Source of the DNA: Callorhinchus milii
Lineage: Eukaryota
Assembly: GCF_018977255.1 (NCBI RefSeq)
Contig: NW_024704742.1
Location: 128,032,001 to 128,096,000 of the forward strand
Direction: 5' to 3'
DNA length: 64,000 bases
The notes beneath the pieces were generated by a model. It saw nothing but the letters and a program-made list of their open reading frames with translations, had not been told where the DNA came from and did not search any database. A program made the translations under genes and the position numbers. Of the stretch, positions 37,665 to 50,935 are shown one piece after another; within the stretch, counting starts at the first letter, position 1; every line of letters starts with the position of its first letter.

Positions 37665-38765
37665 ATACCGTGGACCACTCCATCCTCCTCCACCGCCTCT
37701 CCTCACACCTCACTCTTCAAGGTTCTGTCCTTGAATGGTTCAGGTCTTGTCTCTCATACCTTCTCCAATTTGTCTCCGCCAACGGTTTCTCTTCCAGCCC
37801 CCTCACAGTCTCATGTGGTGTTCCTTAGGGCTCGGTCCCGTCTACCTGTACATGCTCCCAGTTGGTGACATCATCCATAGACAATAGCACATGTACACGG
37901 ATGACACCCAATTCTATCTCTCTGCCTCCATCCTTGATTCCAGGACAACTATCTGTCAGACATCAAGTCCTGGATTAGAGCTAACTTCCTGCATTTGAAT
38001 GTTAACAAGACCGAGGTCTTCCTGCTTGGCTCCTCCAGTGTCTCTACATCTCATGGAGCCTATACGGAACCTCAGTGCCCTGTTCAACCCTTAATTGTCC
38101 TTCATACCCCACATCCACCATAACCTGCTCTGCCTTCCCCCACCTCTGCAACATTGCTCAGCTCTGCCACTGTCTCACATCGCAGGCCGCTGAGACCCTC
38201 ATACACACATTCATAACAATCAGGCTTGACTGCGCAAACTCCCTGCTTGTAGGCCTCCCCATCCCCTCCCTCCATAGGCTGCAAATCATTCAGAACTCTG
38301 CAGCCCGTGTTCTCTCCCGCACCAGGCTCCGCGACTCTATCACCCCCACCCTCACCCAACTCCATTGGCTTCCCATCACATAAAGGATACAGTTCAAGAT
38401 CCTGGTCCTCACCTTCAAAATCCCCCATGGCCTCGCTATCCCTATCTCTGTGACCTCGTAACCACCTACCAACCTGCCCGCTCCCTCTGCTCAGCGGGTT
38501 CTGGCCTCCTTCACGTCCCCCGCCTCGCCCACCCAACCATTGGTGGGCGGGTCTTCAGCCACTCTGCTCTCACCCTCTGAAACTGCATCCCGTAGTTCTT
38601 ATGCCTCGCCCTCCCTTGCCTCCTTCAAGACCCATCTCAAGACCCTCCTGCTCGACTGTGCCTTCCCCGCTACTCCCCATCCTCCGTGACCCCAAGCTTG
38701 GGTCCGAAACACTGATTGTCCAGCACCTTGGGATATCCTCCCAATGTGAAAGATGCTATACAAAT
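37665..38765 (+). mobile_element. 5'-truncated L2 LINE (RT to 3' end), degraded
   Basis: MYTDDTQF, AAETLIHTFITIRLDCANSLL, LQIIQNSAARVL, LHWLPI; L2 tail near 38730-38765. Confidence 0.9.
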
Positions 38766-39109
38766 ATAATTTTTATTTTAGTTGTTGCTTGGAATTTCAG
38801 GCCTTTTGTGTGCGAACAATTCCCCTTTGTGAAGATACACTTCCTGGTGCTTGTCCTAATTTTGGAACCCCGAACAAACCCATGCTCCCTTGTCAGCAGA
38901 GCTCAAAAGATAATAAAGAGATTTATTTATTTGACAAGAAGAAAATGCAAGCCTTGACAATGACTGTGGTTTAACTGGTTTATATCGTGCAAGGATGTTG
39001 CTGAGATAGCAAAACAAAGAGACGTTGCTTTGAATCTAAATGCTTGGCAATCTTTTTTTTACTTTAATAGGTGAGGTAGTACATTTTCCTATTCTGTAGT
39101 CACCAAAGC

Positions 39110-39910
39110 CTGGATGAGCCCAACTTTCGGAGCTAAATATGGATAAGACATAAGCCATCCTCCATGGCTTCTGTCAATGTCTTCCCACCTGGGTCTCTGA
39201 CCTCCTTAACCTCCCCAGTCTATCTCTCAGACTCACTGCATCTGTGCCCAGACTAGCTGTTAGATTCAATCCCCAAATATCCTTCCTACCCTACATCCAG
39301 TCACTGATCAGGACTGCTTTCCTCAACCTCTGCCACATCACCTTCCTCTGCTCATATCTCACACCCAGTGCGGCTGAAACCCTTATCCACACTTTTGTCA
39401 CCTCTCGCCTTGACTTCTCCAATCTCCCCAGCTCCACTATTTACAAAATCCAACTGATGCAAAACTCCCTTCTGCCAGTATCTTCACCGGTATGAAACTC
39501 CACATCCTGATCATCCCAGTCTTTGCTAGGCTCCTCTGCCTCCCTATTGCAGAACACATTGACTTACAGGTTCCTCATATACATGCATAAACCACTTATT
39601 TCTCTCGCATCTTCCGATCACTCAAACTCAATTCTCCTATGTGCCCCTATTGCTTGCTCTGGCCTTCTGCTTGTCCCTTATCCCCTCCATTCCACCACTG
39701 GTGGCCATGCTTTCATCCACTTTACCCCCAAACTCAAAATCCTGGCCTCAACCCCTCCACCTTGCCCTCTCTTTGCTCATCTTCAGATCGCACCTGATGA
39801 TCTTCCTCTTCGACTGTGCCTATGGTCACCCCCTCTCTCTCCCTGGCTCGGCGTTAAGCTCCGCCATTGTTCAGTGCTCTGAAATGCCATCTCAAGGACA
39901 TGATATATAA
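39110..39910 (+). mobile_element. Older L2 LINE 3' fragment
   Basis: AAETLIHTFVTSRLDFSN, IQLMQNS; degenerate tail. Confidence 0.8.
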
Positions 39911-39912
39911 AC

Positions 39913-40130
39913 AATAATAATAATCCTTGCATTTGATATTGCGCCTTATCACATCTTCGAGACATAATAATAATCCTTGCATTTGATATTGCACCTTATC
40001 ACATCTTCGAGACATAATAATAATAATCCTTGCATTTGATATAGCGCTTTTCATGTCTTCTAGACGTCCCAAAGCGCTTCACAGAATATACTGTAAACTG
40101 AATTGACTGTATATTTTGTGGGTGAAATGC
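39913..40130 (-). mobile_element. Three tandem SINE tails
   Basis: Two ~50-bp units (39913-39963, 39964-40013) followed by a ~115-bp tail of a different subtype. Confidence 0.88.
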
Positions 40131-40484
40131 AAGCTGTTGATGTAAATAGAAGCTGTTTCATGAGATCCCTACATAAGGTTTTGTTTGATCTTGGGACGAT
40201 TGTGGTGAACATTATTCGAGTGAAAAAACATGATGTGTAGTTTGCTAATTACCATATCATTGGAAATGCTATCCGTTTATATCTCAATCAATGTCTGACC
40301 GCTGATAACTATCCCCTCCTATGCCCCCCCTCGCACCCCCCTACCCCACACGCACACACACAAACCATACCCTCTGCAACTTCAACAAAATAATTGGGAC
40401 GAAAACCATCAATGGTGATCATTGAATCTGCCAACCTGTATTCTATGATCACGTTCAATGGAACTGCACTGAAGTAGGAGCTCG

Positions 40485-40565
40485 AGGTGCTGAGGTGGGG
40501 CTTAGAAACCCACCACCTTCTAACTCAGAGGTGAGTGTGCCAGCAACTGAGCTAAACTGACACCG
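40485..40565 (-). mobile_element. DeuSINE head fragment
   Basis: GGTGGGGCTTAGAAACCCACCACCTTCTAACTCAGAGGTGAG. Confidence 0.65.
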
Positions 40566-41245
40566 AAGCAGATCACCAGTTTTAACTAACACGGCATTGA
40601 GTGTTGTTCCACACAGGTAGATTTAAATCTGTGAAGATAGACAAAGAGGAAATTCCCTCCATCACAACTAGCAGCTGCTGGCTGAAAAACAAAGCAGTAG
40701 TCGCATTTTGACTGATGCAAGCCAGTACATGGGAATCTTTGAAACCAGTCAGTCATAAGCTGTGCGTAGGTTGGGCCCATGATCTACTAAGAATTTGGGT
40801 GACACGTGACTTAACCACACTCCATTTATAGCGCTCAGTGGAATATCCCCATGTGCTTGTTTACCAGAAGTTGTGATTTCCTGTTTGACTATTTGAAGGT
40901 TTTATCATCTCTGAATGTTTAACCTATTTTGCCTGCTATATTAAGAGTCGTGTTATTCAATTATTACTTTGAAAAATAATTACAAAATGTTGTCACTGTT
41001 TCAGAAGTGGTTGTAAATATTTTTGTCATTGTTAGTCATGTTTCTGTAATTTAGGATCCCCACGACATTTTTAAACCTGCATTCATTATCAAAATTGTCA
41101 AAGTTCAAATAAAGCCTTCTATCTAAAAAAAGTATAATGTTAAAGGGATCTTGTTTGCAGAGGGATTTTTTGAAACAAAAATTGGTTCATTCTATTATTT
41201 TCATTCCCAAATCTATTTTGAATGACTTATCTCCTGTATTAGTTA

Positions 41246-41550
41246 CCAACAACAACTTGCATTTATATAGCACCCTCCAAGTGGGGTTGGTTGGGGAGTG
41301 TAGCTTGAGTGTAAACGCTGTAGTGTAGCTTGACGTTGAGCCAGGAAGAGGGGTGAGGTGACCGTAAGCACGGTTGAAGAGGTTCTTCAGGTGCGATGTG
41401 AAGATTAGCAAGGAGGGGGCAAGGTGGAGGAATTTATGCAGAATTCCATAGTTTCAGGGCATAGCAGCTAAATGAACAAAGGTGGAACAGAGAGGACAAG
41501 GGTTGTAAAGAAGGTGAAGCCTGCTGAGCAATAGGGGCAGGTGGAAGAGT
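41246..41550 (-). mobile_element. Older L2 3' fragment
   Basis: CAACAACAACTTGCATTTATATAGCACC tail plus purine-rich L2 ORF end. Confidence 0.7.
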
Positions 41551-41679
41551 GGTGTAAGCACCATTTCACTTTCTTCCTCTTCATATACTTGTCCTTCAAA
41601 GTATCCACACATTTATTTTCCGTACTCTGTCTTTGCCTCCTTATTAGATTCTTGTCTCTTTTTATAATCTCTCCAGTAT

Positions 41680-42057
41680 TGGAGTCCTGTAGCTCAGTGG
41701 TTGGAGCACTTGCCTTGTAAGCGACAGATCTGAGTTTGATTCCTGGCAGGGCGAAACATTGGGCCAGTTTCCTTACGTTACACCCCTCTGTTTTCCTAGC
41801 GGTAAGTAGGAACCTGGTTGTTAGTCAATTGGCGGATCGCTTTTCTGGGGGTAATATTTCCTTAAAACAAAATAATAAATTGGTCACTTCAATCCATTAC
41901 TGTTTGTGGAATACTGCTGTGCGCCACTGGCTGCCGTGTTTCGCCCGCAAAATATACAGTCAATTCACTTTCCAATATATTCTGTGAAGCGCGTTCAGAT
42001 GTCTCGAAGACGTGCTAAGGCATTATATCAAATGCAAGGATTATTATTATTATTATT
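41680..42057 (+). mobile_element. tRNA-Ala SINE, long subfamily, full length
   Basis: TGGAGTCCTGTAGCTCAGTGGTTGGAGC head, full body, (TTA)n tail. Confidence 0.92.
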
Positions 42058-42236
42058 CAGTCTTGACATTTCCGTTATGATTACAGAAGCCCTTCTTTTT
42101 GCTTGATACTTTGAATTTTTGATTGATTTGTACAAATTATGATTTATTGGTTAAGAGTGTCTGTCTGGACTTTGAACTCAAATCTCGATGTGGGGCTTGA
42201 ACCCATCATTCTGACTCAGAGGTGGATGAATGCTAC

Positions 42237-42285
42237 TTTTTTTTAACTATGAAAGATTGACACATCCTTTCATAGTTAAAAAAAA
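42237..42285. repeat. Perfect 19-bp inverted repeat with 11-nt spacer
   Basis: T8-AACTATGAAAG / ATTGACACATC / CTTTCATAGTT-A8. Confidence 0.9.
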
Positions 42286-43179
42286 ACTTTTGTAGTTAAA
42301 AAAAGACTGATAATTTACAAAGTTTCTTTGGAGAAAGAGAGGAGATCAATATTGCTATTATTGCTGTGTAAGATGACAGTTGCAAGAAAAGTAAAATTCT
42401 GAGACAACTCCTCTTCATTTAAATGTAAAGATAATTCAGCAAGTAAGAAAGACATAAGGGTCAAAAGATATCTATTTCTGCTAAATCCGTATATTGAGCC
42501 AGGACTATGTTGCAGTCAATATTGTGTTTTTTGTAGCTAGAAGTTCTGAAAAATCTTTAGGATCTATATTCAATATGGGTTCTGTGAGAAAATGTTTCTT
42601 AGTTCACTGAGAAATTGTACCAGGATCAACAAATTGACTTTGGTTTTGCACCGTGAAATCAATGAGGTTTGATTTATTCTGACTAATAGTTAATTAGAAT
42701 AGAGGTTTGGCTGAAAAACCATTTTCGCCAATTTGATCTCATCCTTCAAAGAATGTAAGTTTTTTCATCTTCTCGTTACAGAATCAAGTTGTTCTTAAAT
42801 GAATCCAGTGTCCTGGTCTCCAGCTCCCTTCCTGGTCATCTCTTCCGACTGTCAATTACATTCTGTATAAAAGAAATACTTGAAGTGTCTGTCCTAAATT
42901 TCTCTGTCCTAAGCACTCTGGGACACTACCCTCTGTGAGGGGCGATCTATAAATTGTAAGTTGTGGTTGTAAATTTTCTTTTCATAATCCTTAGCATCAA
43001 GAAGAGGGTTTGATTTGTGACATTACTTAACAAAATAATTGACTCACGGAAACTCCGCTCCAGACATAGTTTGAGTTGGATCAAAGTTCCCGTGAATTGG
43101 TGTGAGGTACTTGACTCCTCATTTGCATGTTTAAAATTCCTTCAAATTCCTCCAAATAGCCCCTATCAGATTCGATAGT

Positions 43180-43330
43180 AGCTTTCAAAACGGAAGATAT
43201 TTGAAAAGGAAAATTTGCAGGTCTACGGAGTAAGAATGTTGAGTGGGACTTGTTGGATAACTCTTTCAAATAGCGGACAGAGGCACGATGAGCCGAATGG
43301 CCTCCTTCTGTGCTGTAAGATTCTATGATT
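43180..43330 (+). mobile_element. CR1 3' end fragment
   Basis: Matches 5040-5195; GCCGAATGGCCTCCTTCTGTGCTGTAAGATTCTATGATT. Confidence 0.85.
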
Positions 43331-44354
43331 AAGGAATCCATTTAAGAAATACCGTAATTTATACCCTAAGATAAGTGTCTGACCAGAGGAAAAAATTAGT
43401 TCAATTTAAATTATGAAATACAGTATTGCGAAACTCGATGACCCTTTGAAATCACATAATAAAGATGTAGTGTAAGAAAACAATTTTAGTGATCAAGGTA
43501 AAGTATACCCCTTGTATTTATTTTAAATGCCTAAGAAAATAGCACTTATGAACAAAAATTGTATCCAGGAAACAGCAACTCATTAAATTGGTGCAAATCT
43601 ATGTATTTTCTGCTTGAAAGTAATAACCTTATATAAATATCTTTCACATTGAAGTAAAATGAGCCGTTCAAAGTAAAAAATATATATCTGAGGATGTAAT
43701 TTTCTAATTTAACTAGATTTTCCTTCCCCTTCCACTCTGCCCCAATTAGAAGAATAATCAATTAAATATCCTTGATGCCAGATCTCTAAATTTTATCACT
43801 TCTCATGTAAGGTTTACTTATGTGACAAACTCATGGCATAATTTAATCTCCTGCTTTGAGAAAATAAATGGAAAGCAGACTGCTTTGGACTGTACCATTG
43901 TTACGGTAATGTTCAAGGTTGCATCAAAGTAACTGCTCAGTCAGTTTTCGCTTCATTTATATTTCCAGGTCTGGTTCAATCGGGACCTGAAAACTAATTT
44001 GTCGTGTTTCATGAACCAAGTGCTGCATAAAATAACAACACACCGTATATGAATTTATAGGGAATAAGCAACTGATAGTGGCATGATCCAAATTACTATT
44101 ATAGTCAACCAATGTGTGCAGCAGCCTACCAGAGAGCAGCCTAATTGCTCCTGGGGTCAGGTCAATGGCTTTAACTCCTAAGAGAATATAATTTCTCCTG
44201 TTACATTATTGTGGATCGTTTGTGTGGATCTCTTTGCTGACCTGCGATGAAAATCCAATGTGCCTTCTTGTATTCAAAAATTAAAGTATTCCATCAAAGG
44301 AACGTTTTCAAAATACTCCTGCCTTTAAAATGCATTAAATTACTATCCTGAAGC

Positions 44355-45077
44355 GTGGAGTCGTGTAGGGTATTGGTTAGAGCACTCGCCTCGCAAGCGA
44401 GAGGACCTGGGTTCAATTCTTGGGTAGGGCGAAACAATAGGCAAGTTTCCTTACTCCACACGCCTCAGGTTTATCAGCAGTAAGTAGGAACCCGTTTGTT
44501 AGTCGATCGGCGGTTCACTTTTCTGTGGGTAATAATCCCTCCAAACAAAATAAATTTAAAAAATATAATAATAATTTAAAATCATGTGTGGAGTCCTGTA
44601 GCTCAGTACTTAGAGCTCTCGCCTCACAAGCGAGACACCTGGGTTTGATTCCTGGCAGAGCGAAACCTTGGGCAAGTTTCGTTACTCCACACGCCTGATA
44701 ATAATTCCTCAAAAAAATAATAAATTGGTCATTTCAATCCACGACTGTTTGTGGGACACTGCTGTGCGCAATTGGCTGCTGCATTTTGCGCACAAATATA
44801 CAGTCATTCACTTTACAGTCTATTCTGTGAAGCGCTTTGAGACGTCTATAAGACATGAAAAGCGCTATATCAAATGCAAGGATTATTATTATTATTATTA
44901 TTAATTTACTCAATCCATGACTGTTGGTAAGACACTGTTGTGTGCAATTGGCTGCCATATTTCACCCACAAAATATACTTCATTTAGTTTAGAGTATATT
45001 CTGTGAAATGCTTTGACCTGTTTCGAAGGCATGATGAGGTGCTATATCAAATTCAAGGATTATTATTATTATTATTA
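44355..45077 (+). mobile_element. Long tRNA-Ala SINE with a short-subfamily SINE (44588-44903) inserted in it
   Basis: Two heads (44355, 44588) and two tails (44903, 45077); outer body resumes at CTCAATCCATGACTG. Confidence 0.9.
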
Positions 45078-46901
45078 CTCTCCTGGAAAGTAAGGGCAGA
45101 AGGGGATTTGATTTTAATTGCCATGCTGTGCTTTTCAGACTCAGTTATAATGTAATTTTTGTTGCAGTCAAATAAGATTAACACATAAGATTAATTCTAA
45201 ACGGGTTTACGATATGCCCGTGTTCACAACTGAATATTATAATGAGGGGATTCATATATATTTTATACAATATCCATCTTGGCTCATCATAAATGTTCCT
45301 TTTCTAAAAATGCAGGAAAAAGTGCATTAATATTCAGAGGTACTGCAGCTCCCCGCAGTGTGTGACTTCTTCAAACTTCATCAGAAATGTTGTTAAAACT
45401 CAACCTGCAGAGTAGATCCACATCTGCACTTAATAAAGAAACAGGATGTATGTGCACTCACAGCAGGGAAGAGAACAGCATATCAAGTATTAGACAGACC
45501 ACTTCCTGTCTAAATGAGAAATGTTGACAGCACAAAAGATTATACAGTAAATAATGAAAAAAACACAACCATGAGGCAGAAGTACGATTTCAAATGTTGC
45601 AGTTCCACAATGTGACAAATTGTTAGAGAAATTGTAATTGTGTGAATCCTTAAACCCCGAGGTGTTTATCTTTTCAGCTCTCGCTCGTTTCTCCATCTGT
45701 GATTATACTTCTTCAAGACACAAAAAAAACTCACACTTAACTAATTGGAAGCAAACAAATTCTAGTGAGGCCCAATTTCGAGAGATCAGCGAGGGAGGAA
45801 TTTTTACTAGATTTAATGCTGGAAAAGTGCAAATATGTTGCTGTGGTCTGCTAGGGCAGCGCTGGAGAAGTGTGACCAGTACAAACACTCTCTCGCAGTG
45901 GCCTCCTAATGCAGAGAATTTGTGAAAGGTTGAGGTGAATATTGCAGTGTTATGCTCTGTTAAGAAATATTCTCAGTCCTGTCAGGCGTCTTCTATAGTA
46001 GACTCCCCCACTCCGGCCCCCTCCTCTCCCCACCCCCAACGTAATGCTGTTTGTCTGCAAGGCTCTGGGGATCTGCAGTTGGCTGCAATGTGAGGACCTG
46101 CCACGTTACCGAGCTGCAAAATGGCCAACTTTTGGGTCAATAGGTCACTGGCGACAATACTTCCTGTACACTGCAACATAATGCAGCAAAGTGATTCATG
46201 GCATCATGATGGGAAAGTGCTGAGCAATGATTGTGCCCTGTTATAAGGCGGGTTTTCAACTCTGATCCTATAATGGAGTTCTCCTGCATAACTCTATAAT
46301 GTCCCTTCAGACACTTTCTTTTTAATCATTCCTCATATCCATGCACCGATAGGTGTCAGCCTCCTTGTTCTCTGCACTGCAGCCATGGCCTAGATAGCTG
46401 GCTTCTGTTGGAACATCAAAGTTTACAATAATACTCCAGGTACAGCTTAGTCAGATCACAGGGATGTCTGAGTACTTGAACTCAGCAGACCTCACAATGC
46501 AGCCACTATGCTCTTTGCTTTGTTCATTCCTGTTTGGACACGGTGAGTGATAAGTTAATGAGTGTCATTAAATAATTTTCAACCTGACCCTTTGCAAGTT
46601 CTATCCCACCCACTGGAGTACGTGAAAACAGCAAAATACTGTTATCTGCTTTTATTCATATTGATCTGCACTTGCCAGTAATCACTCCAGGTGTGAAGGC
46701 ATTCAAGTTCTTTTTGTAAGTTCTTGACCACTTATAAGCCTATGAGTAAGCGCAGTGAGACTTCAACCTAAGGATACATGTCATGGGATGGGACCACTCA
46801 TTCTGTTTTTGATTCCTAAGAAGCCCTTTCATTTGGGTTTTACCTCTGCCAATGTTCTAAAACAATACTAATTTGATTTTTAACAATTCATAGATATACT
46901 C

Positions 46902-47222
46902 TGGAGTCATGTAGCATATTGGTTAGCGTGCTCGCCTCGCAAGCGAGAGGGCCCCAGATCGATTCCCGGGCAGGGCGAAATCTTGCTCTACATGGTTGGG
47001 AGTCGATTAGCTTATCACTTTCCAGGGAGAATAATCCCTTCAAAAAATATAATAATAATCTGGTCACTCAATCCATGACGGTTGTGGGTCACTGCTGTGT
47101 GCAATTGGCTGCCTGCAAAGTATACAGTCAATTCCCTATGCAATATATTCTATGAAGCGCTTGGAGACTTCTCAATGATGTGCTAAGACCCTATATCAAA
47201 TGCAAGGATTATTATTATTATA
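46902..47222 (+). mobile_element. tRNA-Ala SINE, long type with internal deletions
   Basis: CTCGCCTCGCAAGCGAG head; (TTA)n tail. Confidence 0.87.
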
Positions 47223-48224
47223 ATACTATTGAAACCAGAAATATTTTCTCATTCAAAGAAAATGTGATGGGCATCAAATAAACACAGAGATCACAAGATT
47301 GGATCGGATGTTTAAAATAGAGGAAGCGATATGCTGAGGTAGTAGAGATATTAAGAGGTGTGGACAAAGAGAGTACAATGAAATTAAAAGATTTGCCAAA
47401 TTCTGATAAATTGGTGCAACAGGCTCAATAGGCAGAATATCCTCCTCCTATTCATACTTTCCCTATGTATTTCTTTATCCAGATGGTAATTGACAAATAA
47501 TAATTATGTTCCTACATTTCTATGTTCCAATGAAGAATTTCCATCAGACCACTTGATCTCATCCTTCCACGATTCCCACCCTGCCATCCTCCCTTTGCAC
47601 CAACAAGCTGTTTTCTAAAGGAGTCCAGTGTCCTGTTTTCAACCACTTTTCCTAGTAATCTATTAATTATTATCTGTCGTCAATTACCATCTGGATACAG
47701 AAATACTTCCTGGCACCTGTTCTGAAAATGTTCTGCTGCTTGGGTATCTCAGAGCATGTGAAAGTATTTTTTCTGGCTTTACTTTCTCAATCCCATTTAA
47801 AAATCCTGCATATTCGTATATGGTCCTCTTTAAGACAACTCCATAATTCTGGTTACAAAATTAACCTGAATAAAGGAAATTAGTTATTTTTTACTCCTGT
47901 TATGAGGGAGCTCCTGATCCAGGCAATAAGCTTCCCATTACTTAACTTCTAATGCTGAACACATTAATGCCAAATTTATACTGCTGGAAGCAATTCTTTG
48001 CGATTTGGAGCAGGCTGCCTGATTTATATTTCCCAGTCAGAAAGTGCATTGGGCAAGAGCTGAAAAGGACATATAAACAATGTCATGGATACATGTAACA
48101 GAATCTCACTAACCAGTTCCAATTTTCATCTTGTTTTGAAATGTTATTCAGGAGCTGGTTGTGTAACTTATCTTGTAATAGGATCATTTTTGAGCTTTGG
48201 GTGTAAGCTTTGGTGCCAGTCTAG

Positions 48225-48630
48225 TTCCGTGGTAGCACTCTCAGTCAGAAGTCCCACAATGGGATTTTGAATTTGCAATCTTTGCTGACCCTCAAAGCGA
48301 TGCTTGGGTGAGTGTTGAATTGATGGAGATCTGGTTCTTTGGATGAGATGTTGAACTGAGGTCCCATCTGCTTGTTTAGATTGATGTTTAAGATCCCATT
48401 CGTATTCGAAAAGTGAAGGGAGTTCCTTCTGGTGTCTTGGCCAACGATTTCCCAGATAAAATTGGTCATTCGATTCATTGCTGTTTGTGGGACATTGCTG
48501 AGTTCAAATTGGCTGCTGTGTTTGCCTATAAAATACGCAGTCACAGTGCTTTATGGTAAATGCTGTGAAATGCTTTGAGACATTCCTCCAACATAAAAGG
48601 TGCTAATCAATTGCTAGGAATATTATTTTC
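48225..48630 (+). mobile_element. Old Deu-domain SINE
   Basis: GGATGAGATGTTGAACTGAGGTCCCATCTGC, GATCCCAT, GGTGTCTTGGCCAAC, GCTGTTTGTGGGACATTGCTG. Confidence 0.8.
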
Positions 48631-49429
48631 ATTTGGTTGCCTGGATTTCCGCTGCAATGATTGCCTGGAGAAACCACCACAGACTTTTGGCAGGCGGGTT
48701 CCACTGTAATCAGTTTGCAATTTACACTGGGGCTTTCATATCACATGACAAGTACAGTGTAAATGCCATGAGTATCATTTCATATTGCACTATAGATGGT
48801 GAATCTGTGTTCAAGATGAATTTTCTGATCTCTGTCATGTGAGCTTTTGAAGGGATTTTCTCATTATCAGCCAACACCATCATTCACTGATGGGCTCTGA
48901 AACACAATATTCACAAACTGGATTTGTTGTGTAAATTTTATTTCTGGGGCATGAATATCGGATTGCAAGCTGGCAAAGACTGAAAAAAATATAGATCCAA
49001 ATATTGGTCAAAATTTCTAAACGCCCTAAATAAGATTTAAAAGCAAATCTTCAATATTGTATTTATTTACTCATCGATCTGTATGTACATATCCATCTCT
49101 GCCCATTTGACGTATATGCTTTTATTAGACTCTCTGGCATTTTGCTTTTCTGTTGTAATTTGCAGCATTAGTAGGGTATGTGGGGATCTCATTAATCTGT
49201 CCAATGTTGTCCTAAGCCCAGCCAGTAGGGGGCTGGTGAGAGTCATCTTCCTCAGATTTCTGGGGAAATACCTGTCTTCTGAGAAGCACCTTCCAGATAT
49301 AGCACAGCTGAAATTTTAACATCTCATTTTTTAGAACGTCCTGAGCACTCAAGCTCACTTTCTGGCTGCACGATTATGTGAACTGTGTAAACCACACTTG
49401 ATGATATAATAATATAGCATTGAATATAT

Positions 49430-49580
49430 AATAATAATCATAACATTTTATACAACGTCTTTCATGTCGGGAGGATATCTCAAAGCGCTTCACAGGGTTT
49501 AATGTAAAATGCAGTGACTGTGTATTTTGTGGGTGAATGCAGCAGCCAATTTGTGCACAACAATGTCCCACAAACAGCTT
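49430..49580 (-). mobile_element. SINE 3' fragment
   Basis: TTCATGTCGGGAGGATATCTCAAAGCGCTTCACAG ... GTCCCACAAACAGC. Confidence 0.75.
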
Positions 49581-49944
49581 TGAAATGAATTGCGAATTTT
49601 ACCTGGGGTATTGCAAACTTTAGAACTTGATGTCTGATATAAACCAATGAAATAATATATTCACTGTTCATCACTTCACTTGAAGCCTCAATCAGGATAC
49701 TGGTTAACTTGCTGGTATCCATTACTCTGACCGTTCTCAGTAATCACAGTGCAGAATGCATAAAAAATCATCTTTGCAGATGTTATTTCAAAGAAAATGC
49801 ATGTATTTTAAAAGCCAACGAAAACCAGTCAGTTAAACCTGCTTGTGTTTTCATAAGTAAGTCCTTTGTGTTTGGAGAGGCTGTGTTACTGAAGCGAATT
49901 TCGGAAGAGCGTTGATATGAAATCAAGACAGTATAAAAATTAAT

Positions 49945-50138
49945 AATAAAAAATAATAATAATTTGGTCACTGAATCCATGTCTGTTTAAGGGACACGGC
50001 TGTGTGCCTGTGGCAATTGGTTGCCGCGTTCCACTCACAAAGTACAGTGAATTCACTTTACAGTATATTCTGTGAAACGATTTGAGACATCGCTAAGACA
50101 TGATAAGTTGTTATATCAAATGCAAGGATTATTATTAT
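49945..50138 (+). mobile_element. tRNA-Ala SINE 3' half
   Basis: AATTTGGTCACTGAATCCATG to AAATGCAAGGATTATTATTA. Confidence 0.85.
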
Positions 50139-50499
50139 AACAAAAACAGACCCCATTCTGTAGCTCTGCATACAGTGAAATATTGTTACGTGTCTGGGGT
50201 TGGGACACAGGACACATGTAAATAATGAGATTCACGTATAATAGGATCTCCTCCAAGTTCTGAGAGCAATGAGCTGATACTCAGTGCACATGTACAATTT
50301 ACCTTTACCAGAGCAGACATTGTACAGATTTGAATGTATTTCGAAGCGTTGAACAATTGTTATATATCATTGCATGCAAAGTAATTTGCTGTGCATTGGT
50401 GCTACAGACATCAGTTGCTATGAGAATCTGCAAAAATGTTACTGAACCAAAGCAGAAATGCTTTATAGAGATACAGAATATTTGAGAAGGCAAGGACAA

Positions 50500-50935
50500 A
50501 ATAATAATAATCCTTACAGTTGATATAGTGCCTGCACTGTCAAAACATCTCCAAGCACTTTGCATTAATTACTGTTAAGTGTAGTTATTTTGTATTTGTA
50601 GGAGAACATAGCAGCCAATATGTGCATAACAGTATCCCACAAACAATCAGGAGAAGAATGACCAATTTTATCTAGGGGATTGTTATGCCAGGGTATCAAG
50701 GCACACTCCCTTCTCTTTCTGAATAGTGCCATTGGATCTTTAAAATCTACCAGTAGAGGCAGACAGAGCCTCAGTTTAACATCTCGTCTGAAAGATGGCA
50801 CCTCTGACAATACAATTCAGACCCCACTACTGCATTGCAGTCTGCCTAGACTGTAAGTTCAAGGTCCCAAAGTCGGGCTTGAACCCACAACCTTCTGATT
50901 CAGAGTTGAGATGCTACCAACTGAGCAAGACTGCC
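50500..50935 (-). mobile_element. Old Deu-domain SINE, near full length
   Basis: GAATAGTGCCATTGGATCTTT, TTTAACATCTCGTCTGAAAGATGGCACCTCTGACA, CTTGAACCCACAACCTTCTGA. Confidence 0.85.

Noticed and set aside
38102..38536. Gly/Glu-rich minus-strand ORFs (also 6137-6403, 6926-7306, 62900-63316)
   Set aside because: Antisense shadows of C-rich L2 sequence.
39913..40070. Direct repeats resembling a CRISPR array
   Set aside because: No unique spacers, the units are SINE tails, and the context is vertebrate with no cas genes.
49603..49722. ATG-initiated minus-strand frame MDTSKLTSILIEASSEV... ending at a CAG/GTAAAA donor
   Set aside because: No recognisable protein, no promoter or CpG island, and no linked downstream exon.
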